Shown: positions 10,591 through 23,908 of the stretch, in pieces
Layout: each line of letters opens with the position of its first letter
How positions within the stretch are numbered: position 1 is the first letter of the stretch
From: Reclinomonas americana ATCC 50394
Taxonomy: Eukaryota
DNA: 34,710 bases
NCBI GenBank assembly: GCA_048213135.1
Contig: PS015423.1
Span: forward strand, 1-34,710
Direction: 5' to 3'
Translations under genes and position numbers: made by a program
The notes under the pieces: model-generated
What the model was told of the DNA's origin: nothing
Databases searched by the model: none
The model's input: only the letters and a program-made list of their open reading frames with translations

Positions 10591-13530
10591 TCAGCACCGA
10601 CATCTGTTTTGTCTCGGCGCATTGGCCACTTGTCCAATGCGCGAACCTTTCGGTGACGACGCGGCAGCCTTGCTCTCCTCGGCCTCGATCTGCTCACGCA
10701 CGGCGAGGGCGGCGGCTTGCAGGTCACGCGACTCCTCTTGCACTGTCATGGTGTGGTTGAAGAGGTGCCACATGGCGGTGTTGACGTTGGAGTTGTTCTT
10801 GGCGGAGGTGAGGAACCTGCGATTAGGGGGGGGGAAGGGATTGGAGGGAAAGCGAGAAGGGAGGAGGGTAAGGGAGGAGAAGGATAAGAGAGGAGTACAA
10901 TCGAGTGCACGCATTCCCGCCCGCTATCTGTCTCTTTGTCTCTCCGGAAAGGAATGAAACCAGTCTGCATGTGTTTGCACAGACAGACAAACAGACGACA
11001 AGAAATCTCCTCTTCTCTCGAAACTGCTGGTGGCGCATTCTCCCCCACTTCCCTTTCTCTTCCCCCTCTCTCTCCTTTCCACTCACGCACCAAGTAATAA
11101 AGCCGTGCTCTCTGCAGAACTCGTCCATGCGATCCATCACCAGAGGGTCGAGCGCCGGATCCAGGTCGGACTTGTTGCCGACAAGCACACACGGAATTGG
11201 TGGTCTGCCCGGCACGTGATCCATGCGCACCTTTTCGTCAATGTCGCGCTTCCACTCAAGCACCTTTTCGAACGACAGCGGTCGGGTGAGGTCGAAGACG
11301 ACCAGGGCGCCGACGGCCTCCCGGTAGAATACTCTGGTGAGGCGCACCGTTCGTTCTTGGCCTGGGGGAGGGGGCGGGGGGAGAAGGGAGAGGGTGAGAG
11401 AAGGGGGAGAATGAAAAGAGACAAGGAGAAGGAAAGAGAGTGGGGAACCGGGAGTGGAAACAGAGAAGAAGTGGGGAAGGAATATGATGCGGGTGAGGGG
11501 AGAATGTGGAGGAGAGAAAGAAAGAGAGAAAAGAGAGACAAGGAGAAGGAAAGAGAGCGGGGAACCGGGAGTAGAAAACAGAGACGGAGAGAGGAAGGAA
11601 GAAAAAGTGGGTCAGGAGGGAATGTGGAGGAGAGGGAGAAGAGAAAGGAGAAGAGAGACGGGAGAGGTCGATGGAGACAGTGCGGGAGGAAGAGAAGAGA
11701 GCGGAGAAGGAACAAGGAAAAAGTAAGGAGTGGATGAGAGGGGAAAGAAGGAAAGAGGGACAGAGCGGGTGGAGGGGGGAGGAGATGGGAGAAGGGACAG
11801 TGGGAGTGAGCGAGTGAACAAGACGGAAAGAGTGAGGCAGGGGAGGGACTGAGAAAGGGCGGGAGCGAGAAAGAGGAGACGAGTGAGGGCAGCGCAGCAA
11901 AGGAGGAAATGGGAGAGGAAGGGGCAGTAGAAAGAAGACGGAGGTACCCACGACGAGAAAGACGAAACGACATGCGGGAGTTGAGGTGACACCGAGAGAG
12001 TGACGGTTCCCCCAGCAAAAGGCACATGCCAAGGCAGAGGCAGGCGGGGGCGAAGATGAAGAGGAGACACCAAACGTGAAAGTGACTGTTCCCCCACAAA
12101 AAGCAGGAACAGCAGTTGTGCGTCTTCATGATAGGCAACAATGAACCAAGCGGCAATCATGACACTCGCGACATGAAGAAGCTGTCTCCCACTCTTTTGT
12201 TCTCTCTCTCTCACACACACCCACACACACACGCTCTCGCCTCTCTCTGTTCTCTTCACTTCTATCTCTCTCTCACACACACAGACGCACACATGCTCTA
12301 CTGATCTTCTCCCTTGTGATCACTATTTGAAACCTCGCTGGGCTGCCTGTTGTTCTCTCTCCTCTCTCTCTCTCCTTCCTTCTCTTCCTCTCCCCTTGTC
12401 CCTTCCCGCCCCTTTCCCCTCCTCCCTTCCCCTCATCCCCAACTCACCACCAATATCCCACAAATGCACTCGCACACGACTGCCGTTCCACAAGAGGCCC
12501 TTGATGTGAAAATCAACGCCCAGCGTCTTCAAATACGCATTCTTGAACTCATCCTTCGTGTACCGCATCACCAGCGACGTCTTCCCACAGCCCTGCTCGC
12601 CGACCACGATAATCTTCACAATCGGCTCCTTGTCGCCCCAACCCGCACCATGCGCCGACGCACTCGCCCTGCTCAACAACCCCGACGCACTCGCCGTCGA
12701 CTCCAACGCCCTACGATGCCGTCGCGAGTGCGATCCCCCTACAGACTCCGACACAGTGGTCGACTCCTCGCGGTGCACTCCGCTACTGACAACAATCGTC
12801 TCCGCCTATTGCATGAACGATCGATCAGTCATGACACATGCGAGATTCGTCTGATGCCGTGTTTCCCGCTGCTCACCGCCACTGGTGCCACGACAGACAG
12901 CTCGCCGTGACTGTGATAGTGATGATGATGATGTCTGGCGTGTCTCTGTGGTGACACGCCTTCTCCTTCTCCAGTCACCACTGACTCTTGTGTTGTTGGT
13001 GACAGTGGTGCTTGCTTGGGTGTCATGGCGGCGACACGTGTCGTGTCGAGTGGCTCTGAGGAGGAGGCGGAGGAGGCGGAGGAGGCGGAGGAGCGCGAGG
13101 AGGCCAGAGAGGGCGGGGACACGGGTGCAGAGTCGCTCTCCGCGGCGGCAACGACGACGCAGGGTGTGGGAGAGGCAATGATGACAGCGGCCGCCTGTGC
13201 GTGAGAGTGAGTGAGAGTGAGTGAGAGAGAGTGTGTGTGTGTGTGAGGGAGAGCAGGAGAGAGTGAGCGTGGAATCTGATCTCTCTCAGTCTCTCTCACT
13301 CGCGCGCGTGTGCACATCCTTGCGCGCGTGAGAGTGTGCTTGTGTGTTGTGTGTGTTGTGTACGCAACNNNNNNNNNNNNNNNNNNNNNNNNNNNNNNNN
13401 NNNNNNNNNNNNNNNNNNNNNNNNNNNNNNNNNNNNNNNNNNNNNNNNNNNNNNNNNNNNNNNNNNNNNNNNNNNNNNNNNNNNNNNNNNNNNNNNNNNN
13501 NNNNNNNNNNNNNNNAGTGGCCGCACTCAT
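10591..13530 (-). CDS. RAB32: Rab GTPase of the Rab32/38/29 group with a long low-complexity N-terminal extension; exons approx. 13530-(gap), 13194-12877, 12805-12448, 11361-11091, 10816-10591
   Basis: G1 GEQGCGKTS, G2 TLGVDF, G3 WDIGG|QE (WDI is characteristic of Rab32/38), G4 GNKSD, G5 TSAK, C-terminal CRC (CxC geranylgeranylation motif); GT-AG junctions keep the frame. Confidence 0.85.
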
Positions 13531-13954
13531 GGTGGTGTCGGCGATAATTCTTACGCGAAAACGGCTCTGTCAAGGGGGGAGTCACACCACAGGTGGGGAC
13601 GCGGGGACGCACTTTTTTCTTACCGGTGGAGGGCGGGGGATTCTTGGCAGAAATGGGTGGGGGATGGGGGACGTTGCCCTGCTTGAGGTGGGGGACCGCA
13701 GTCCCCCGATGAGTGGCTAAATAGGACTAGGGGAACCGGGATACAGTTCTTTTTGCCACCCGCTAGCGGGTAACAGGCTTTTGAAGAGCGCAGCGCTGCA
13801 CGTACATACACATGTGCACACTCTCTCTTTCTCTCTCTCGCACACACAGGCACACGCACATGTTTGGATGTTAGCATGCCCGCCTCCCATTCATGTCTCT
13901 CCCCTGCTAGCTGGCGCTTTGTGTTGTGTGCTCTGTGTTCATTCGTGTTGGTTA

Positions 13955-14720
13955 CGTAATTACTCTTTCTGTGATTCCGACATTCGTGTGTGTGTTTCTG
14001 CCTTTGCCGATGATCGTCACGTGGTGGTGTCTTCTGTTCGTGAGGCGCAGCTGGTCCTGGATCTGTCCAAGCGTTTGGCCGAGTGGTCTGGCATTGCCGA
14101 CAACCCGCAGAAGTCATTGGTGTTGGCTCTGCGTGCTCGAAGCCGACGGGTCCAATGCAGGTGCAGAATTTTGTGGCGGAGGAGTTCAATCCCGAGCTGT
14201 TAATGGCTGGCACTGCGTTGCGATCCCTGCATGTCATCTGTCACTGAGTGCGATCGTTGGCTTGGCTACCCGTTCTACTCACCGACTCGTACAAGTGAGG
14301 CGAAGAAGCAAGTGACGGAGATGCTGGAGAAGCAGCTCTTCACTCCGATCGAGGCCATCAAGCAGTCGTCGTTGTTGCCGCTCCAGAAGGTGGATGCTGT
14401 TCGCTGCTTCGTCCTCACGAAGGCCACCTTTGTCATGTCGGTGGAGCTTCAGCATTCCGTGCTCGCCAAAATCGACAGCAAGATCCGCGACGTCGACAGC
14501 ATTCGGCTCTGCCTCGGCCTTGAGAACGACCCTTCCTCTACACTCCGCTGTCGAAAGGTAGTCTCGGCCTGTACTCTGTGGTGGACCGAGCGGCCTCTCT
14601 GTTGATCAACTCGGCGGTGAAGCTGTTGACACACCGCCGACCGCTGACTCGCCGTGTGGCGGAGCATGCATGCTGCACTGCTCGGTGAAGGCGGCCTTGA
14701 CGATTTCTCGCCGTTGCCGA
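13955..14720 (+). mobile_element. Degenerate non-LTR retrotransposon remnant (C-terminal RT and thumb; R2/NeSL-like), frameshifted
   Basis: SAFADD (YADD-type motif, ~14000), WSGIADNPQKS, RWLGYPF (KYLG-like), LLPLQKVDAVRCFV and FLYTPLSKGSLGL (GGLG-like), spread over different frames. Confidence 0.8.
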
Positions 14721-15199
14721 CTGCTGGTTTGGCGGCCAAGTACCGGCAGACGAACGAGGTCACAGACGTCAATCGCCAGCAGCTGCCAGTTGCCACTCGC
14801 CTCAGCGGTATTTCTCTGTGTGTTTGTCTCCTGCTGTTCCCCAGGCCGGTGCTGCTGCGGTTGCTCTTGGTGCAGGTACTCGGTTTCAAGTGGCCACTGA
14901 TCCAAATGCTCCTCGCCGTGCTGTTCGCTCCAATCTGATGGGTATTGTACGCAGTTACTGCGATGGACATCTTCTGTTGATTACTGCTGACAAAGTCTTC
15001 TTCGCGTGGCAAGTGAAAGTGTCCGTTTAAGAACTTGTTTAGACTCACGACAACGCGTCCATTTGGAGTCTTGACGTGTTGTCTAGCGCAGTCAGCAGCT
15101 AGGCGGCTGTGGATACACTGCAGCAGCCAATGTCCGCACACTCCGCTTTTGTGCCAGTCGACAGCCACTTAGGTGCCGTACAGATCTGAAAAAGTGCAT

Positions 15200-15614
15200 A
15201 CTTGCCGTCGCCGGACGTACCCGAAGTAGAACAACCCGGCAGCGAGTGTCAGAATGCCCCCGCCGATGACAAGAAGGTAAATGGCGGTGTGCTGATGAGC
15301 ACATGTGAGCCACAAGGACATCTACGTGGCGCATAAAGCATTCGAGTTGGTAAAGCCGTCAAGCTCACGGGTTGAACATCGACATCGTACTGAACCTGAG
15401 CGAACCAGAGTGCACTCGCAGGCATTGCTAACCAGCGGCCGAGCCAGAGAGACCGCTGGATGTACGTAACGGCATGCCCGACTGATAGCTCGCAATCATC
15501 CCACGCTCTTACGATGTGGAGATCTCGCTCGACTACTCTCTGAAAGAAAGAATCGCAGTAAGCATGTTGCTGCGTGTCTCTGCTTTGAATACTGATAAGA
15601 AATACATAAATGCG

Positions 15615-15645
<31 letters not shown>

Positions 15646-16013
15646 GTGTGCAGGGACGCAACGCCTCGGAGAGTGTCTCCAAGATCAGCCAACACAAACG
15701 ACGCAAATAGACATCCAAATAGTATGGAGAGCCAACATGTGAGGCAGGAGGCGGATAAGTTGAACACAAGTGCCTTGTTGTCAATGTCACAAGTGCTCCC
15801 CTCGACTGCCTGTGCGTCTCGTGAGTGCGACTCTGCGATCACGACACGCACAAACGAAAGAATCGCAACTATGGCGACAGCCAGCACCGCTCCAATGACA
15901 AGAGGCGCAACAATAAGAATGGTACCAATGATGGCTCGTGTGTTTTCAATCCACTGCTTCGTTGCCTCGAAGGCTACGGTCGCCGCACGCACACGTTCCG
16001 GATTCTCACCCAT
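15200..16013 (-). CDS. Putative multi-pass membrane protein, intron-containing, family unassigned (weak resemblance to Tweety/prominin-type topology); 3' end uncertain
   Basis: Hydrophobic segments IIGTILIVAPLVIGAVLAVAIVAILSF, CLTCWLSILFGCLFASFVLAD and AIYLLVIGGGILTLAAGLFYFGYVRRR; the last joins in frame via a GTGAGC...TAG intron (~15323-15368). Confidence 0.5.
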
Positions 16014-16074
16014 TGTTGATAAAATATGTCCACCATCCATTTGGTTGGCTCAATGTTCTCACAGTCAATCTTTC

Positions 16075-18258
16075 ATGGGTCAGTCCGTGAGCACGACCGT
16101 CCTTGTCGAGTGTTATCGGCGCTTTCCCCTCCGCCTTGAAACTATCCACGAAGAGAAGCAAGTGTGTACTTTGGGAAATCCTGGAGTGGATGACGGTTTC
16201 TGCTTTGGGTGCATTCTTACTTCTGGTCGGATTCACGGTATTTTGCCACGGCGCAACGCAACCATGCAGCTGAGGCACCGCAATAAAACACTTGTCATCG
16301 CGGGTAGCGTCACGGCACACCATTGCACTGTCGTCAACGGCGACGACTTGCGGTGCCATGTGACTGATGCGATTGAGGTCTGGTGTTGAGAAAGCTCTCT
16401 GCCCTATGTACATGACTTCTCTCATCGTTTGCCACGTGCACAGGAGCCGGATGCGATCTTAGTGCGTCTGGGGCAAGACTCACATATTTTGCAATGTGGG
16501 CCGGAAGGAAATGTCCACCCCATGGACGCCACTCACTACCACGAGCATCCGGATTACTGGCGTGTCATTCCTGTCGCTTCACCCATGAAGAGCAAGCTTA
16601 ACGCGCTCGTTGCTGTCCTTGCCTCTGCCGGGTACGAGATGGCCCACAGATCTGGATGGGGCCCGGGTTCTGAATCGGGCCCCGGGTCGTCATCCTCAGC
16701 TGGCTCTGCGGTTGTAGCTGGCTCTGCGGGTGCTGTTGGCTCTGTGGGTGCCGCTGGCTCTGCGGGTGCCGCTGGTGAGTGTCTGAGCCTGCAGCAACGC
16801 TTACAGCCGATTTCGTTTGCATTAACGAGATGCGCGCTTTGTCTAGCTGCAGCTGGCCAGCCGCAAATTCTGGGACACTGTCGAGCCGCGCAGTCCTCGC
16901 AGAGCCCTCTGTCCGCTTCAGCTCTGTGCGAGCTGGCCGCGAAATGCCTTCAGCGTGTCGAGATCGGCTCCAACCCACTTGACTTCCTTCCGGAATTCAT
17001 GGTTCGTGACTTGGGCCAGATATATTCCTACGGCGTCGGCGACACATCGAGCTCTGAGACCGATGACATGGTGCTGAGAGATATTAGACGCGTGAGGGTT
17101 GCCTTCAGCTCACATTTCGGGAGCCCGGACGTTCTGTCGTGCTTGAGTGGCAAATGCGAGCACGAGGAATTCCCAGATGCAGAAAAAAACGCTTTGGCGG
17201 TCTTGCGAGCAATTTTTTTTTTCCGGCGACCGAGACGGCAGGTACGCAGTTTGTCAGTATTTGTACTTGTGAATTCCTTTCCTCCCACTCGGTACTGATT
17301 ATGAGACCTGCCGTCCGCATCCTAGGTTCTTCCGGTCTCTGGAGAATGATGCGCTTGAGTTTCCTAGTGCTGTCGCATTTAGCGTGTACCATGGATGCCT
17401 CAGTTCACGCGCTGTCGAGATCGGGCTCTACCCAGAGGACACTTTCCATGTATCCAGCTCCGGCTCTGCATCGTTGAGTTCGAGTCTTGGTGCAAGTGTC
17501 GGTGGTTTTGACGGGCGAGGAGTTGAGCCCCCCGTGGCCGACGTCAAGATGAGTGAGTGGGGCCGACTTGTGGTGGCCGACCGTGAGCGGATCCTTGGAG
17601 TCGATCATCCGAACACCTTCACCAGCCGCCACAACTTGGCTGTGATGCTTCAATCGCGTGGCGAGTATGCCGAGGCAGAGGAGNNNNNNNNNNNNNNNNN
17701 NNNATTGAGCGGCGTGTGGTGGCCGACCGTGAGCGGATCCTTGGAGTCGAGCATCCGGACACCTTCACCAGCCGCCACAACTTGGCTGTGATGCTTCAAT
17801 CGTGTGGCGAGTACGCCGAGGCAGAGGAGATTGAGCGGCGTGTGGTGGCCGACCGTGAGCGGATCCTTGGAGTCGATCATCCGGACACTATCACCAGCCG
17901 CCACAACTTGGCTGTGATGCTTCATTCGCTTGGCAACTACGCGGAGGCTGAGAGGATTGAGCGGCGTGTGGTGGCCGACCGTGAGTGGATCCTTGGAGTC
18001 GATCATCCGGACACCATCATCAGCCGCCACAACTTGGCTGCAACGCTTCATTCGCGTGGCAAGTACGCCGAGGCAGAGAGGATTGAGCGGCGTGTGGTGG
18101 CCGACCGTGAGCGGATCCTTGGAGTCGATCATCCGGACACCTTCACCAGCCTCCGCAACTTGGCTGTAACGCTTCATTCGCTTGGCAAGTACGCCGAGGC
18201 TGAGAGGATTGAGCGGATCCTTGGAGTCGATCATCCACGTTCCAAAGCTAAGTTGTGA
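16075..18258 (+). CDS. Predicted N-myristoylated protein (MGQSVS) with an unassigned N-terminal region and C-terminal 42-aa kinesin-light-chain-type TPR repeats; possible frameshift at 17183-17222
   Basis: ATG at 16075; introns 16162-16269, 16378-16443, 16775-16846 and 17242-17325; repeats RERILGVDHPDTFTSRHNLAVMLQSRGEYAEAEEIERRVVAD; stop at 18256-18258. Confidence 0.7.
16699..16774 (+). repeat. 18-bp coding minisatellite (AGSAGA-like, about 4 copies) forming a linker
   Basis: Repeated gctggctctgcgggtgcc variants. Confidence 0.85.
17570..18237 (+). repeat. 126-bp TPR-coding tandem repeat, at least 5 units plus a partial unit; N-gap inside the array
   Basis: Units begin gtggtggccgaccgtgag at 17570, 17716, 17842, 17968 and 18094. 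Confidence 0.95.
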
Positions 18259-18473
18259 CGGTCCAGTTTGTGCAAGCTTGGAAGGGATCTGGTAGCTTGT
18301 GTCGTGTGTTACAAGCTCAAGATTGACAAGAATAAATAGTTTATCGTGCGTACTCATTTGTCATGCAAGGCTCACCAAACTGTACTTTGCCAAGCTGCAA
18401 CACAGCTTTTGAAGGCTTCTATCTCACTCTGACTGCTATCCGATTTTCTGAGGCTCGATTCGCTAACTACCAG

Positions 18474-18642
18474 CTGGTCGTCTTCGACCTCACCCGACCG
18501 CTGTCGTTCGAAAAGGTGTTGGAGTGGAAGCGCGAAATCGACGAGAAGGTGCGCACGGATCACGTGCCGGGCAGACCACCAATTCCGGATCCGTGTGTGC
18601 TTGTCGGCAACAAGTCCGACCTGGATCTGGTGATGGACCGCA
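18474..18642 (+). pseudogene. Inverted fragment of a Rab exon (LVVFDLTRPLSFEKVLEWKREIDEK...GNKSDLD)
   Basis: Reverse complement of ~11128-11305 with small indels (PALDP codons lost, DP gained). Confidence 0.9.
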
Positions 18643-18662
18643 ATGTGCAGCGGAGAAGCGTG

Positions 18663-21849
<3,187 letters not shown>

Positions 21850-21873
21850 GTGTGTAGAGCGCGCGGGACCGGT

Positions 21874-21888
21874 TGATTGGTGATTGGT
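21874..21888 (-). promoter_or_regulatory. Tandem CCAAT boxes about 65-80 bp upstream of the Rab copy-2 ATG
   Basis: tgattggtgattgg on + reads CCAATCACCAATCA on -; ATG at 21809. Confidence 0.35.
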
Positions 21889-22801
21889 GGTGGCCGTGTT
21901 CACTCTTCTCCTGCCTGTCCTTTGCAGCAGTTGCTTTGTGTAAAAAGGAAGCGAGTGGCGTTGGCGTGTGCGTCGGGGCGCGAAACGATAAAAGGTTGGC
22001 TGTGGCAATCGTTGTGCAATTCGTGGCGGCTGACCTCGCGATATCGATATCGAGCTTGTCAACTGACCGAGCGGCGAATCGGGCCGATCGGGGTTTCTCG
22101 TTGTACGGGAATATGTAATTGAGACGTGCTGGGTGCTCGCCTGGGTCCGGTCGGGAAGGGAACGGGAACGGAAGGTGAATTCGAATTCGAAAGGCTTGCA
22201 TGCATATGCCGATCGGGTGAAAACTGGATGTTCGTAGTGAGTGAAGCGTACGCCCCTGCTGCGCAAAGTGTGCAGCAGTGCAGGAGAGGCTGTATGCAAA
22301 GATGGCCGTGCATTGCCTACCGTTTTCCATCGAGTTTCTCGCACAAACAGCAGCAGTTGCAATTCGCCATTGGCAATTGCACTTCGAATTCGTCGCACAG
22401 TTGTCGCACAAGCAGCATTATCGCTTCCGCAGCTATAATTGAGGAGGCGACCGTCATGCCGTGCTGCTTCTGCGGAAAGCCGTGGACTTGTATCGTCGTC
22501 GTTTGTGAATTCGAAACCAGCAACGATGCATGCATATGAATTCGGAAATCGCAGCACAAGCGCAGCGCGCGCGCTGTGCGGCCTACTCGCTCCGTCATGG
22601 ATTTCTGTCGCGTCACAGTATTCGGTTGCAGAAGCAGCGACTCGCGGGACATGTACACTGCGTGCTATCGTTTCTTGTGTGTCCTGAACTTTTTCTGTGA
22701 GCACGCAATACGCAACGCAGCATACGAGCACGTGCACCGCAACGTTAACCTGCAACAACAACAACACCAGCACCAACTTCAATCAATCATCAGCATCGAG
22801 A

Positions 22802-23888
22802 ATGTCGGTGTGTTGACACATGTATTGATGCACGACATGGGGGACGCGACATATTGGAATGGCTTCGCTCATGTTGTGTACTTGTGTTGTGTACGCTGTG
22901 ACGTCGCCCACTGTCAGTTTTCTGTGAATGTGAGTGCGGCGCATGATTCATCGCTGTCGGTGGTGGTGGAGGGCTTGTCAGCCATGTCCACTCTCGCGGA
23001 CTTGCTGCGCGAGGCCACACGCTTGATGCATGAGAAGAGTGGGGATGGGGAGATGGAGATTGTGGGGGCGGAGAAGCCGGCGCCGTATGACTTGGAGGAC
23101 GCGAGTGTGACGAAGCTGAAGACACTCGGCATCAACGCATCCACTCATCTCGTCGTCCGTGTGAATGTACGCGTGGCGCAGCAGTCGAGTGGAGGGAGTG
23201 GAAGTGAAAGGTGTGTGCATGTGGATGTTTGATTCATCTCTCTGTGCACAACGTGCAACTCACTCTCACGTCTTCGCTCAGCAACCCAGAGCTAGTGACT
23301 CGGTTTGTGTGCTTGCCTTCGTGCTTTTCTCCCCTGGTTGTTCTTCGTGCGATGCGAGTCTGTGCTGATTGTGTTTGTGTGCACGCGCAGCATGGTCAAC
23401 TCGCAGCGCATCAACATGGCCTTCGAGGTGGTGGAAGAGGCCGTGCGTCTGCGTTGTCAACGCACACTGGCCCGGTTCAGTCGCGATCATCCCGAGTTTG
23501 ATGTGCGGGCGTGGGTGCCGAGTTACACGCCTGCTGGCATGGATGCGGCGGCGGTGAAGGCATGGCGATCACGATATGTGCCTGTCACTGGGTGGCAGGT
23601 CAAGCTATTCAAGGAGGTGTATAAGGAAGTGTTCACATGGCGTGTGGCATTCGACGCCGACCCCTCTACCGACCCTCAATGTGACGGTTTCGACACGACG
23701 GCACTCGCCTCCATCATGCTGTATGGTGGCCTCGTTCTTGATGACGGCTGCAAGCTGTTACTGATTGACGATGTTGACGAACGGAAGGCAGTGGAGGAGC
23801 TTCACCAAGCCAGGAACAAGCTCAAGCACAATGAGCTGCCGTTGACGGATGCCACTGTGCAGCAATATCTTGGTGACGGTGGTGTCTT
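22802..23888 (+). CDS. Ubiquitin-like N-terminal domain plus DZIP3/Swt1-like HEPN domain; 3' end lost in an N-gap
   Basis: ATG TCG|gt (22802); exon 22918-23210 encodes a beta-grasp-like pattern (FSVNV...STLADLLREA...KLKTLGINASTHLVVRV); micro-exon 23282-23302; then FDTTALASIM...ELHQARNKLKH (R-x4-H). Confidence 0.65.
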
Positions 23889-23908
23889 NNNNNNNNNNNN
23901 NNNNNNNN

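Noticed and set aside
7912-12292. Long L/S/P/F-rich or R/E/G-rich ORFs (e.g. 7912-8931, 11137-12156, 18490-19887)
   Set aside because: Translations of purine/pyrimidine-skewed introns and (GA)n tracts.
13575-13760. HDV-like ribozyme or Helitron 3' end (hairpin followed by CTAG at 13727-13730)
   Set aside because: I could not build the nested P1/P2/P3 pseudoknot, and the CTAG is followed by G rather than the T expected for a Helitron A|T insertion site.
13612-13775. Possible U1-like snRNA (CTTACC near the 5' end, T-rich tract before a terminal hairpin, about 160 nt)
   Set aside because: Lacks the U1-70K loop (GATCA..AAG) and U1A loop (ATTGCAC), and the Sm-like site does not match the consensus.
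17570-18237. TPR and coiled-coil 126-bp arrays as CRISPR-like or related to each other
   Set aside because: Both are contiguous in-frame coding repeats without spacers; their sequences are unrelated and the equal length reflects 42-aa units.
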